Assembly: GCA_945892985.1 (NCBI GenBank)
Contig: CAMDDU010000023.1
Location: 2,003 to 66,002 of the forward strand
Reading direction: 5' to 3'
Source: Bordetella parapertussis
GTDB lineage: Bacteria > Pseudomonadota > Gammaproteobacteria > Burkholderiales > SG8-39
Length of the DNA: 64,000 nt
Shown here: positions 1 to 10,163 of the stretch, piece by piece
Layout of the letters: every line of letters starts with the position of its first letter
How positions within the stretch are numbered: position 1 is the stretch's first letter
Notes under the pieces: model-generated
Seen by the model: only the letters and a program-made list of their open reading frames with translations
What the model was told of the DNA's origin: nothing
Database searches by the model: none
Position numbers and translations under genes: made by a program

Positions 1-14
1 CGGTGGCAGCGGCG

Positions 15-551
15 TCAGAACCGCGATCCGGGCTGTTTTAGGAAGGCGATTTCCTGCGCGCTCGATGCGCGGCCGAGGATGGCATTGCGGTGCGGGTAGC
101 GGCCGAAGCGCTCGATGATGGCCTTGTGGCGTAGTTCGAAGTCATGGTTGTCCTTGGGCGCGTATTCGCGGAAAAGCGCTTCCGCCTGCCGGTGTATCAG
201 CGCCGATTCGCTGTGCATGTATGGCATGAAAAGGAATGCGCACTCGATAGGCGTGAGCGCGCGATGTGCGCCGGCGGCGAGCGCCTCCTGCGACAGCGCC
301 AGCGCCATCGGGTCTTGCGCAAATGCCGCGGGTGTATCGCGAAAGGCGTTCCGGGAGAACTGGTCGAGCACCAGGATCTCGGCCAGGCGGCCCCCGGGGC
401 TGGCGCGCCAGTCGGAAAACTCGCCCTGTGCGGCCCGGCGCAATACGTCCCCGAACCTCGCTCGCACCAGCGCGTCAAACTCAGGCGCAGCGCTCCACCA
501 TGACTTGGGCGCGGTTTCTGCAAACCAGAATGTGAGTATGTCCTGGTACAT
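15..551 (-). CDS. DUF924 family protein
   Basis: Motifs ILTFWF, LDQFSRNAFR, FLFMPYMHSE and IIERFGRYPHRNAILGR. Start moved to ATG 551 (MYQDIL). Confidence 0.9.
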   Translation of the reverse strand: MYQDILTFWFAETAPKSWWSAAPEFDALVRARFGDVLRRAAQGEFSDWRASPGGRLAEILVLDQFSRNAFRDTPAAFAQDPMALALSQEALAAGAHRALTPIECAFLFMPYMHSESALIHRQAEALFREYAPKDNHDFELRHKAIIERFGRYPHRNAILGRASSAQEIAFLKQPGSRF

Positions 552-628
552 GATCGATTCCTTGCGCTGGGCGCCGCTATGCGCCTTCGCCTGCGTCGCA
601 TTGCCGGGCAAAGGCCATAGACTATAGG

Positions 629-1240
629 CTAACGCGGACCCGGCGGAACGGTCGCCGCGAGCGACGGGCGAACTGCGATGTGCTCAAACCAGGCGGACAG
701 CCGCGGGTGTCCGGGTCGCCATTGGCAATCGGGCACCCAGGCTGCGAAGCCAAAGGCACATGCGAGCGTTAGCTGCGCCATATTAAGCGCGCCGCGCATC
801 AGCGGATGGTCGATCTCCGCCTCCCAGAGATCAAGCAGCCGTTCGCTACGGCCCGCCTCGTGCAGGAGGACGGTGGGCGAACGCTCGTTTTGAGGCCGCG
901 TGACCTCGCGCGCCCAAACCGCGAGTCCGTCGAGCATGCTTCTGGCCAGCGCTTCGAGACGCCGCCCCTCCCATGCCTGCTCTCCCTCGGGCCAATCGAA
1001 AACAGGTTTGCCCTCGAGCTGATCAAGAAAGGCGCAGATTACGGAGGATTCCTCCAGGCCGACACCGTCATCACGAATCAGGTAGGGCACGCGGCCTGAA
1101 GGATTGATCTTGAAGTACGGACTGCCGGCAAGACGGGTCTGCGCGCTGATGATCTCGACGCGGGCCTGCAATTGCTTCTCGATGACGACGACACGCGCGA
1201 TGCGTGCGTAGGGTGAGGCCGGGGTGATATACAGTTTCAT
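629..1240 (-). CDS. Glutathione S-transferase family protein
   Basis: N-terminal SPYARIARV, INPSGRVPYL and EESSVIC (GST N-domain). Confidence 0.88.
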   Translation of the reverse strand: MKLYITPASPYARIARVVVIEKQLQARVEIISAQTRLAGSPYFKINPSGRVPYLIRDDGVGLEESSVICAFLDQLEGKPVFDWPEGEQAWEGRRLEALARSMLDGLAVWAREVTRPQNERSPTVLLHEAGRSERLLDLWEAEIDHPLMRGALNMAQLTLACAFGFAAWVPDCQWRPGHPRLSAWFEHIAVRPSLAATVPPGPR

Positions 1241-1531
1241 GGGGTAGGGTGCTGCCGCTTCCGTAGCGCCGTTCGACGGATATTGCCCGATTTTTCACTG
1301 CTCAGGCTTTCGCTTGTGCATCGTCCATTTTGCGCCGGGTATCGCCCGGACTCAAGTGACAATGCGCCAATGCGAAAATGCAACAGTAGGCGATAGCGTT
1401 AGTGTGGCAGTGGTTTTGACTTTCCTCCCCGTCGGCACCGCCGAGCAACGCCGGCGAAGCGGGAGGTGTCCGGCACCTATGTTTGAGCCCCGCGGTTTCT
1501 TGCGGGGCGAGTTTATGCGTCGGCCCGCTTT

Positions 1532-1684
1532 GCCGTTCCGCGCAACTTCGCCTCGCTCCGCGAGACGCGTTTTCGCGGGAATGAGGAGATACCGTAGGCT
1601 GGGTGCATCACGGTATGCGAAAAGATTGCCGCGTCGGCTTCGCCTCCTCGCAATGACGGACTGGGCGATATGCTGGAAACCCGC
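1532..1684. repeat. 153-bp composite REP-like repeat, copy 1
   Basis: Near-identical to 1770-1922 (offset 238). Contains TTTTCGCGGGAATGA, GTAGGCTGGG and AGATTGCCGCGTCGG...GCAATGAC palindromic units. Confidence 0.9.
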
Positions 1685-1769
1685 CGGGGCGAGACCCGGC
1701 ATGGTCGTATTGGGAGGCTCTCACCCTCTCAGGTCAAGCTAGAGCGCGAACCCCATGGATTCCCCCGTG

Positions 1770-1942
1770 GCCGTTCCTCGCAACTTCGCCTCGCTCCGCG
1801 AGACGCGTTTTCGCGGGAATGACGAGATACCGTAGGCTGGGTGCATCACGGTATGCGAAAAGATTGCCGCGTCGGCTTCGCCTCTTCGCCATGACGGACT
1901 GGGCGATAGGCTGGAAACCCGCACCAGACGGGCGTTTCCAGC
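1770..1942. repeat. 153-bp composite REP-like repeat, copy 2, ending in a GCTGGAAAC...GTTTCCAGC palindrome
   Basis: Direct repeat of 1532-1684, with a hairpin at 1909-1942 just after the livF-like stop. Confidence 0.9.
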
Positions 1943-1953
1943 TTATTGTCCGG

Positions 1954-2673
1954 CTACAAACCGAGATAAGCCTGGCGCACCCGCGGGTCGTTTCCCAGTT
2001 CGTCGGTGCTGCCATGCATGGCGACCTTGCCGGTCTCGATGACGTAGGCGCGGTCGGCGAGGTCGAAGGCGGTGAAGACGTCTTGTTCTACCACCAGGAT
2101 GGCGAGGCCCTTCTTGTTGATGGCCGTCAGCGATTCGCTTAGCAACTCCACGGCGCGCGGGGCGAGCCCCAGCGACAGCTCGTCTATCATCAAGAGCTGC
2201 GGGCGCGACATGATGCCGCGGCCGATGGCGCACATTTGCTGTTCGCCGCCTGAGAGCGTGGTGGCGTCCTGGCTTTCGCGTTCTTTGAGGCGCGGGAACA
2301 TTGTGAACACCTCGTCGAGGTCGCGGGCGATTTCGGCGCGGCCGACGTTGCGGCTGTAGGCGCCGATCAACAGGTTGTCGCGCACCGACATGCCGCGGAA
2401 CAGGCGCCGCCCCTCGGGCACATGGGCGATACCCGCTTCGAGCACGATATCCGGATCGGCGGCGGTGATGGCCTTGCCACCCAGTGTGACGCTGCCGGCC
2501 TTGGCCTTGACGAGGCCCGAGATCGTGCGCAAGAGCGTGGACTTGCCCGCGCCGTTGGAGCCGACGATGCAGGTGATTTCGCCGGGGCGCACCTCAAGGT
2601 CTATGCCCCAGAGCACCTGCACGTCGCCGTAGCCGGCGGTGAGGCCTTCGATTTTCAGCAAGGGGGCGGTCAT
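1954..2673 (-). CDS. Branched-chain amino acid-type ABC transporter ATP-binding protein (LivF-like)
   Basis: Walker A GSNGAGKS, signature LSGGEQQM and IDELSLGLAP. Confidence 0.93.
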   Translation of the reverse strand: MTAPLLKIEGLTAGYGDVQVLWGIDLEVRPGEITCIVGSNGAGKSTLLRTISGLVKAKAGSVTLGGKAITAADPDIVLEAGIAHVPEGRRLFRGMSVRDNLLIGAYSRNVGRAEIARDLDEVFTMFPRLKERESQDATTLSGGEQQMCAIGRGIMSRPQLLMIDELSLGLAPRAVELLSESLTAINKKGLAILVVEQDVFTAFDLADRAYVIETGKVAMHGSTDELGNDPRVRQAYLGL

Positions 2674-3461
2674 GGTGCGGCTCCGGCCAGTTGCTTTTGT
2701 CTTGCGGCAAACTTGCTGCCAAGGTAGGCCTCGATGACCTTGGGATCGTTGACCACTTCTTGCGGGTCGCCCGAGCTGATCAGCTCGCCGTGGTGCAGCA
2801 CCAGTATGCGCTGCGACAGCGACAGCACCACCTTCATCAGGTGTTCGATGATGATGATGGTGACGCCGCGTGCGGCGATGGCGCGGATGAGCGCCAGCGC
2901 CTGGTCGATCTCGGAGGTGTTGAGTCCGGCGTTCACTTCGTCGAGCAACAGCACCTTGGGTTTCATGGCGAGGCTTTTGGCAAGTTCGAGGCGCTTGCGC
3001 GATGGCAGGGTGAGGGAAGCGGCCGGCCGCAGGGCATCTGCGCCGAGGCCGACAAATTCGAGGTGGGCCATGGCTTCGGCATCGGCCTGCGCGCGGTCGG
3101 CGGCGGCGCCGGCAAACAGCGCGCCGGCCGATACGTTCTCGAGCACGGTCATGGCCGGAAAGGGCTGCACGATCTGGAAGGTGCGGGCGATGCCGCGCCT
3201 TGCCGCCTGGAAGGGGCGCTGGCGTGAGATGTCCTCGCCGCGGAACACCACGCTGCCGCCACTGGCCGGGAACACGCCGGTAATGAGATTGACGAGTGTG
3301 GTCTTGCCCGCACCATTGGGGCCGATGAGGCCGACGATCTCGCCCTCTTTCAGCGTAAAGGACACGTCCTTGACCGCCTGTATGCCGCCAAAGGACTTGG
3401 ATAGGCGGTCAACCTTGAGCAGGACTTCACCCGGGCTACCCGAGCCAACGGCGCCGCTCAT
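2670..3461 (-). CDS. ABC transporter ATP-binding protein (LivG-like)
   Basis: GPNGAGKTT, GIARTFQ, LLLDE and IEAYLG. Start at ATG 3461 overlaps the permease stop; the upstream part of the track ORF is spurious. Confidence 0.92.
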   Translation of the reverse strand: MSGAVGSGSPGEVLLKVDRLSKSFGGIQAVKDVSFTLKEGEIVGLIGPNGAGKTTLVNLITGVFPASGGSVVFRGEDISRQRPFQAARRGIARTFQIVQPFPAMTVLENVSAGALFAGAAADRAQADAEAMAHLEFVGLGADALRPAASLTLPSRKRLELAKSLAMKPKVLLLDEVNAGLNTSEIDQALALIRAIAARGVTIIIIEHLMKVVLSLSQRILVLHHGELISSGDPQEVVNDPKVIEAYLGSKFAARQKQLAGAAP

Positions 3462-4390
3462 GCCGAACCCTTGCGCCAGCGCAGGCGCAGCAGGCCACCG
3501 GGCAGGAAAAAGATCAGCACCACGATGACCAAGCCGAGTACGCCCTGGTTGTAATCGAGGAATTTCGCCCAGATGGTCTCTTCCATCAACACGAACAGCG
3601 CCGAACCGACCACCGGTCCGAACACCGTGCCCGGGCCGCCGAGCAGCACCATCACCGGCGCCTTGAGCGTGAGCAGTATCGAGAACGAGTCGGTGGGCGA
3701 GATATAGGCTACCCAGGACGAGTAGGCCGCGCCGACGGCGCCGCAGAACACCGCCGAGAGCACGAAGGCGTAGATCTTGTAGCGTGTGGTGTCTATGCCC
3801 ACCATGTCTGCGGCATCCTCGTTTTGCTGGATGCAGCGCAGGCCGAAGCCAAGCTTGCCCTTGTCGACCAGCACGGTGGCGATAAAGGCGAGCAGCATGA
3901 TGACGATCATCGTGTAGAGGAACACCCGTCCGATGAAGTCCGGGCCGCCGGCAAGGAACTTGACGTTGAGGCCCTCGCCGCCGCCGGTGAGGCTCGACCA
4001 CGAGGAGGCAAGCTGCGACAGCACCTCTACGATGGCGATCGAACCGATGGCGAAGTAATGGCCCTTCATGCGCAGGATGATGAGGCCGATGATTGCCGAG
4101 AACAGTGCGACCACTGCGGCGCCGCCCAGCCAGGCGAGAGGCAGCAGCGCGCCCGAGACACCGGCGTTTTGCAGCAGCGCGCCCGAATACGAGCCGAGGC
4201 CGACAAAGGCCGCGGTGGCAAACGACGGGTAGCCGGTAAAGCCGCCGATGAAGTTCCACGACAGCGCGATGGCGCCGTACATGGCGAGGAAGGTGGCGAT
4301 CTTGACGATGTAGTTGCTGGCCACCCAGGGCGTGGAAGCGAGGGCGAGCACCCAGAGGGCGAACAAAATGTAGGGCAGGCGCGCTTTCAT
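3458..4390 (-). CDS. ABC transporter permease (LivM-like)
   Basis: Hydrophobic; LRMKGHYFAI, LTGGGEG and LLGGPGTVFGP. Start MKARLPY at 4390. Confidence 0.92.
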   Translation of the reverse strand: MKARLPYILFALWVLALASTPWVASNYIVKIATFLAMYGAIALSWNFIGGFTGYPSFATAAFVGLGSYSGALLQNAGVSGALLPLAWLGGAAVVALFSAIIGLIILRMKGHYFAIGSIAIVEVLSQLASSWSSLTGGGEGLNVKFLAGGPDFIGRVFLYTMIVIMLLAFIATVLVDKGKLGFGLRCIQQNEDAADMVGIDTTRYKIYAFVLSAVFCGAVGAAYSSWVAYISPTDSFSILLTLKAPVMVLLGGPGTVFGPVVGSALFVLMEETIWAKFLDYNQGVLGLVIVVLIFFLPGGLLRLRWRKGSA

Positions 4391-5247
4391 TCGTAACCCT
4401 TCTTGCCCATCAGGCCGGTCGGGCGCACCACCAGCAGCACCAGCATGATGACAAAGCCGATGAGGATGGCGTTTTGCGGGCCCCACCAGTGGCCGGCAAA
4501 GCTCTCGATTACGCCGAGGGCCAGCCCGCCTACCAGCGCGCCGGGCACCGTGCCGAGGCCGCCGATGACGCAAATGACAAAGGCCTTGCCAAGGAATAAT
4601 CCGGTGACGCTGGTGGTGATGGGGAATACCACCGACACCAGCGCGCCGCAGGCGCCGGCCATGAAGGCGCCGAGGCCGAAGGTGATGGCGTAGACCTTGT
4701 TGACCTTGATGCCCATCAGCGCCGCGGCATCGCGGTCCATGCGCACGGCGACAATGGCGCGGCCGGTGCGCGAGGTGCGCAGGGTCAGGTACAAGATACC
4801 GGTAAGGGCAAGGGCGAGCACCATGGCGGCGACACGGTCGAGGGACATGATCACGCCGCCGATATCAATGCGCCCCAGGTCAAGCACCACGCGCCGCGGC
4901 GTGGCGGTGAAGGCGATGTTCATTGCGTTGTACAGGATCATGTCCAGGCCGAAGGTGAGCGTCAGTGTGGTGAGTACCGGGCGCATGATGACGCGGTTGA
5001 TGATGCCGTACTGGATCATGTAGCCGAGCAGGAACAGCAGCATGGCGATAGGCAGCATCATCACGAAGGGATTGATTCCCAGGTGCAGCCAGGCGAAAAA
5101 CGCGATGTAGCCGCCGAGGATGATGAAGGCGCCGTGCATCATGTTGATGACGTTGAGCACGCCCCAGACGAGCGAAAAACCGACCGCTATGCACGCGTAC
5201 AACGCGCCCAACATCAGGCCGTTGGCGAGGACTTGACCGTATACCAT
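4387..5247 (-). CDS. ABC transporter permease (LivH-like)
   Basis: ANGLMLGALYA..GFSLVWGV..INMMHG and IGGLGTVPGA. Confidence 0.93.
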   Translation of the reverse strand: MVYGQVLANGLMLGALYACIAVGFSLVWGVLNVINMMHGAFIILGGYIAFFAWLHLGINPFVMMLPIAMLLFLLGYMIQYGIINRVIMRPVLTTLTLTFGLDMILYNAMNIAFTATPRRVVLDLGRIDIGGVIMSLDRVAAMVLALALTGILYLTLRTSRTGRAIVAVRMDRDAAALMGIKVNKVYAITFGLGAFMAGACGALVSVVFPITTSVTGLFLGKAFVICVIGGLGTVPGALVGGLALGVIESFAGHWWGPQNAILIGFVIMLVLLVVRPTGLMGKKGYE

Positions 5248-5315
5248 GGATTTTTCTGCGTAGGGATCGAGCGTGAATAAACTCTACTGCGGCGAAAAGG
5301 CTGCCGTGTAAAACA

Positions 5316-5343
5316 TCATGGGCGGCGCGCTGCACCGCCCATG
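5316..5343 (-). terminator. Intergenic hairpin after the solute-binding protein gene (mRNA stabiliser or attenuator)
   Basis: CATGGGCGG...CCGCCCATG inverted repeat between the SBP and permease genes. Confidence 0.5.
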
Positions 5344-5357
5344 TCTGGCAAAGGAAA

Positions 5358-6557
5358 TTACTTGACCGCCTGCAGCGCGCTCTGCTTAACGCTGTCCGGG
5401 TACACCATCACAACCTTGCCGCCCTGCACCTGGATGATGGGCAGCACGCGCGTGCCGTTCATGCCGTTGGGGCCGAACTTGATCGGGCCGTAGAAGGTCA
5501 TGATATCGAGCGATGCGAGCGCATCGCGCACCTTGGCCTTGTCGATGGTGCCGGCCTTTTCGATGGCTTTTTGCAGCGCTACCAGGCAGGCGGCCGATGA
5601 GGCGTGCACGTAGTCAGGGTCGGCCTTTTCGCGCGCGACGAACTCGTCGTAGAAGGCCTTGGTCGAGCCCCACGGATCGTCACCCTTGAATTGCGCGCCG
5701 TGGTACCACCAGGTCGCGCTGGTGATGCCCTCGGCGAGAGGGCCGACGGCGTCGATGTATTCCCTGTAGACCGGGCCGGTGATCATGGTGACGACCGGCG
5801 CCTTGAGGTTGAGGTCGGCCATTTGTTTGCGCGCGAGCACCAAATCCTTGCTGTAACCGGTGATGTAAATCCAGTCCGGGTTGAGCGATTTGATCTTGGC
5901 GATGGGCGTGGCGAGGTCAAGTGCGCCGACAGGGTAGAACTCCATCGACACCACCTGCAGGCCGGCTTTTTTGGCCGAGTCGTCCATGATGGTGGCCATG
6001 GACTTGGGGAACACGTCCTCGCGGCCCAGGATGGCGACTTTTTTCACCTTGGGGAACTGCTTGGTCACCGCGGCGAGCAGGTTGTCGATGCTGCCGCCGT
6101 TGGGCGCCAGCGTGCCAAACAGGTATTTGTAGCCCTGGTTGAAAATCGACTCCGAGGAGGCGCTGGTGGCGAGAACCGGCACGCCGTAGCGCTCGGCCAC
6201 GCCGGCCACGACCTTGGTGTGGCCCGAACCGAAGGGGGCGAGGAGGAAATCCACTTTGTCATCGACGATCAGCTTTTCCGCGAGCTGCTGCACGCGCTGC
6301 TCGTTGGTCTGGTAGTCGTACTGGATGATTTCGACGCGCATTTTCTTGCCGCCGACGCTGATGCCGCCCTGCGCGTTGACGCGCTTCAACCACATGTCAT
6401 AGGCGATCTGCTGTTTCTTGCCCTCATCGGCGAGACCGCCGGTGAGCGCCAGCGGCGCGCCGATCTTGATCGTCTGGGCCTGTGCCGCGCCGGCGACAAG
6501 GCCGACGGAGACCAACAGCGCCGAGGCGAACTGTGCAATTGTCTTGAATCGTTTCAT
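5358..6557 (-). CDS. Liv-type ABC substrate-binding protein
   Basis: Signal peptide, IKIGAPLALTG, VNAQGGI and LLAPFGSG. Confidence 0.92.
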   Translation of the reverse strand: MKRFKTIAQFASALLVSVGLVAGAAQAQTIKIGAPLALTGGLADEGKKQQIAYDMWLKRVNAQGGISVGGKKMRVEIIQYDYQTNEQRVQQLAEKLIVDDKVDFLLAPFGSGHTKVVAGVAERYGVPVLATSASSESIFNQGYKYLFGTLAPNGGSIDNLLAAVTKQFPKVKKVAILGREDVFPKSMATIMDDSAKKAGLQVVSMEFYPVGALDLATPIAKIKSLNPDWIYITGYSKDLVLARKQMADLNLKAPVVTMITGPVYREYIDAVGPLAEGITSATWWYHGAQFKGDDPWGSTKAFYDEFVAREKADPDYVHASSAACLVALQKAIEKAGTIDKAKVRDALASLDIMTFYGPIKFGPNGMNGTRVLPIIQVQGGKVVMVYPDSVKQSALQAVK

Positions 6558-6592
6558 GGTGCCCTCCCGAGTAAAGTCGTTATTGTACTTAC

Positions 6593-6602
6593 TAGTATAC
6601 TA
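6593..6602. promoter_or_regulatory. Palindromic operator candidate TAGTATACTA (GntR-like)
   Basis: Perfect 10-bp palindrome in the AT-rich stretch 36 bp upstream of the SBP start. Confidence 0.45.
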
Positions 6603-7260
6603 ACAATTTTCTGCGCAAGGTGCAGTAAAAGGCGGCGAGCATATTAAAAATCGCAATGTCGGCCAATTAGCCCGCTTGCAGCGAAACGCTATCGGCCCCC
6701 AGGCCTAGCGCCCGCGACAATTCAGTCGGCGTTGCGGATCAGGATGCGGCTCAAGTGTCCGGTGTCCGGCCTTCGCTTCTGGGTGGATGAGGCAATCGGG
6801 TGGATGAGGCAATCATCAAAGGCATCCCGTATCCGGAATGCGACAGGGGCACGGCAAACATTTTTTGCATCGCGGCCTAGAGTGCGGCGCAGCGCAGCGG
6901 TGGCGCTCTACTGCAAGCGGCACGGGTTTTGCCTACGGTACAACTGTACGGCGGTACGGCGCGCTGCGCATTTGCCCGAAGAGGTCATCGCGCGCGTGTC
7001 GGTCAGGCAAGAGGTGCTGTCGTTTCCAATGTAAAATAAAAGCATGGAGAAAAAGGTGGTTTGAATTCTCTACGCGCGCACGGATTGCGCACGGATTGTC
7101 GAACACCGGGGGAACACCGGGGAAGCGCAGAGGCCCTCCTGCCGAGACTGCTCGTACTTTTATGTGCGAGCCGGTAAGGCAACAACGGTAAGGCAACAAT
7201 ACGGCTGCCCACCGATCGGCGCGCAGCCGCTTTAAGCTCATTACGGAATAGGGGCAATGC

Positions 7261-8238
7261 ATGAAGGCTGCTGTCATCGAACGCCAGGGTGGCCTGGAAA
7301 ATCTGGTCTATCGGGACTGGCCCGACCCTGAGCCGCGATCCGGCGAGGTAGTGGTCCGGATTCGCGGGTGCGGCCTGAACCACCTGGATATTTTTGTTCG
7401 CCGCGGCATGCCGGGGTTTCCGGTGCCGATGCCCTTTATTTCAGGCGGTGACATGGCGGGCGAAATCGCAGTCATCGGTCCGGGGGTGAGCGGTTGGGCG
7501 ACTGGCGACCGCGTTGCGCTGCATCCGGTCACGCACGAGGGCATGATGGGCGAGGAGATACCCGGCGGCATGGCCGAGTACGTTCGCGTACCTACCGAGA
7601 ACCTGATCAGGCTTGCCCCGCACGTTGATTTTGTCACCGCAGCCGCGGTACCGATCGCGTACGGCACCGCAATCCGCATGCTCTTTGAAATCGGTTCGGT
7701 AAAAGCCGGCGACCTGGTCCTCATCCTTGGAGCCAGCGGCGGCGTCGGCATTGCCTGCCTTCAACTCTGCAAGATGATCGGGGCCAAGGTCATCGCCGCC
7801 GCCGGATCGGCGGAAAAATGCCGGCGCCTTGCCGAATTGGGCGCCGACCATACGATCGACTATGTGAAAGAGGATTTCAGTAAGGCCGCCTGGCTGCTGT
7901 CCGGGAAAAAAGGCGTCGATGTCGTGGTGAACTATACCGGGGGCGACACCTGGAACCCGTCACTGCGCGCCCTCAAGCCCCGCGGGAAACTGCTCACCTG
8001 CGGTGCGACCGCAGGCTACGAGACCCAAAATGACATGCGCCTGCTATGGGTGCGCGAACTGCAACTGCTCGGATCAAACGGCTACTCCAAGGCCGACGTT
8101 GCGGCCGGCCTGGAACACGTGGCCCAAGGACGATGCAAGCCGGAAGTAAGCCGCGTCATGCCCTTGTCTGAAGCGCGCGAGGCCGAGCGACTGATCGAGT
8201 CAAGAGACTTCGTCGGCAAGATTGTCCTGGTGCCCTGA
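7261..8238 (+). CDS. MDR-family NAD(P)H:quinone oxidoreductase-like dehydrogenase
   Basis: GLNHLDIFVRRG, GASGGVG and GKIVL; lacks the structural-Zn Cys4 lobe. Confidence 0.88.
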   Translation: MKAAVIERQGGLENLVYRDWPDPEPRSGEVVVRIRGCGLNHLDIFVRRGMPGFPVPMPFISGGDMAGEIAVIGPGVSGWATGDRVALHPVTHEGMMGEEIPGGMAEYVRVPTENLIRLAPHVDFVTAAAVPIAYGTAIRMLFEIGSVKAGDLVLILGASGGVGIACLQLCKMIGAKVIAAAGSAEKCRRLAELGADHTIDYVKEDFSKAAWLLSGKKGVDVVVNYTGGDTWNPSLRALKPRGKLLTCGATAGYETQNDMRLLWVRELQLLGSNGYSKADVAAGLEHVAQGRCKPEVSRVMPLSEAREAERLIESRDFVGKIVLVP

Positions 8239-8302
8239 ACTAAGACCAAGCGCGCTGCAGCCGCTTTCGCTGCAGCCGCTTTCGCAACGGGCGCTTGCCG
8301 GC

Positions 8303-9850
8303 TTATCCGCCGGCAAGCGTGGCGCGAATAAGCGCCTTATCCGGTTTGCCCGCCAAGCCGATAGGGATGGCATCGACGATCATGATTTTGCGCGGATGCG
8401 CATACGCCGGGCCGTTTGCGAGCGTACACGCCTTCAACGCCTCGACGCCAACCGATGCGCCTGGCCGCAACACCACCATGGCGGCGGGCACGTAGCCCTT
8501 GACCTCATGGGGGATGGGAACAACGCAGGCATCGGTGACGTCCTGGTGGTCAAGTAACAGGCTCTCCACCTCGCGCGGATAGATGTTCTCCCCGCCGCAG
8601 CTGAACATGTCGTCAACGCGGCCGCGAAAAAAGAAAAAACCATCCGCATCGACGCGGAACAGGTCGCCGGTACGAAGCCAGCCCTCGACGATGCGTTCGC
8701 GCGTGAGTTCGGGCAGATTCTGGTAGCCGTCGGTGACGCATGGACTGCGCGTCCACAATTCGCCCTCTGGCGTGTTGTCACGTCCGTCGGCCGTCACCAA
8801 CTTCACCTCGTAGCCGCTTGCGATCAGCCCCGCGCTGCCCGCCGGCGTTTTGCGACCGTCGGTTGGCACGCGAAGCGGCCCGCCGGCTTCAGTCAGCCCG
8901 TAACTCTCCTTTACCTTTACCCCGGGGAACAAACGTTCCAGGTTGCGTACCAGCTCGGTCGGCACCACCGCGGAGCCGATGACAAACAGTTTGAGCGCGC
9001 TGAAATCAAGCGATCGGATGAGGTCCTCGTGCTGAAGAATTATCGAAAAAATCGCCGGCACACCGCCGCAGAACGTGGCCTTTTCGCTTGAAAGCGCGGC
9101 GAGAAACGCCTTGGGCTCGTAACGCGGCAGCAGCACTGCGCTCGCCCCGGCAAACAGATTGGGCTTGATCGTTCCCCGCATGGCGTTTTTGTGGAACAGC
9201 GGCACGGTCACAAGTCCGACTTCGCCAGTGCCGGTGGGCCAGGCCGCCTCGGTTGAGCGAATGCTCCAGAGCATTCCGCTATGGGTCAGCCTCGCCCCCT
9301 TGGGCTTCCCGGTCGATCCGGCGGTGTACGGTTGAAACGCAATGCCATCGGGTGACAGCCGCGCCACCGCCTGCGGCAGGCCCGCGTCAAGCGCCGACGC
9401 ATAGCCAAGCCATCCGGCCGGCGGCGACTGGTCGAGAATAACCCGGTGTCTCAAACCCAGCCGTTCGGCCAGGGCAAGCCCAAGCGGACAGGCCTCGGGA
9501 TCCAGGATCACCGCACTCGCACCGGAATCGAGCAACATGAACTCCAGGTTCGCCTCGACCTGGCGCACATTCAGCGGAACGGCAACCAGACCGGCGCGCA
9601 TTACCCCGAAGAACGCTTCCAGATATTCGCAGCGATTGCCCACAAGAATGGCGACGCGTTCCCCGGCTTGCATGCCAAGTGATTGCATCAGTGCGGCGAC
9701 AGCCTGCGTGCGGCGTTCCAGCTCGGCATAGGTGAATACGCGACGCTGCGCGTCCCACAAGTCGACGACGGCCGTATTTGCAGGCAGGCGCGCAGCGGTG
9801 CCTGCGAAAAAATAACCAAGATTGTCCTGTACGGCATTGAACACCAGCAT
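8303..9850 (-). CDS. Class I adenylate-forming acyl-CoA ligase
   Basis: YTAGSTGKPKG, SYGLTE, RTGDL and GGENIYP. Confidence 0.92.
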   Translation of the reverse strand: MLVFNAVQDNLGYFFAGTAARLPANTAVVDLWDAQRRVFTYAELERRTQAVAALMQSLGMQAGERVAILVGNRCEYLEAFFGVMRAGLVAVPLNVRQVEANLEFMLLDSGASAVILDPEACPLGLALAERLGLRHRVILDQSPPAGWLGYASALDAGLPQAVARLSPDGIAFQPYTAGSTGKPKGARLTHSGMLWSIRSTEAAWPTGTGEVGLVTVPLFHKNAMRGTIKPNLFAGASAVLLPRYEPKAFLAALSSEKATFCGGVPAIFSIILQHEDLIRSLDFSALKLFVIGSAVVPTELVRNLERLFPGVKVKESYGLTEAGGPLRVPTDGRKTPAGSAGLIASGYEVKLVTADGRDNTPEGELWTRSPCVTDGYQNLPELTRERIVEGWLRTGDLFRVDADGFFFFRGRVDDMFSCGGENIYPREVESLLLDHQDVTDACVVPIPHEVKGYVPAAMVVLRPGASVGVEALKACTLANGPAYAHPRKIMIVDAIPIGLAGKPDKALIRATLAGG

Positions 9851-10163
9851 CTCCCTTAATTTTATTTATGAGCCAATACGCTTTCAGCGCCCTTGCCGCA
9901 GTTGCAATGCCACCGATTCGAACGGCATCGCAACATGTTAGTATTTCAGCGGAACGTGAAGGTGCGCGATGTGCACCTTAGCGATTACCGGTCACCCGCC
10001 TTTCAATCCTGATTTTACGCCGGAAGCGTACGCGAAGACGACAATCCGGCACAACCCCAAGCATGCCAGCGCCCGCCCGATCCAGTCGCGCTACAGAAAA
10101 ATTCTCCACCAGAAACGGCTTCCCGTCCACGGCGGTCTGGCAGCACGGTGAAAGAATTACGCT

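Noticed and set aside
1314-2015. ORFs of 93-142 aa over the duplicated region
   Set aside because: They are translations of palindromic repeats with no protein-family motifs.
3462-4259. 529-aa fused ABC ATPase in the ORF track
   Set aside because: The N-terminal half is an off-frame read of the livM-like gene; the true start is at 3461.
6732-7034. 100-aa ORF with a faint MazF-like tail (RRAAHLPEEVIARV)
   Set aside because: No recognisable PemK N-terminal motif, and the region is riddled with duplications; unsupported.
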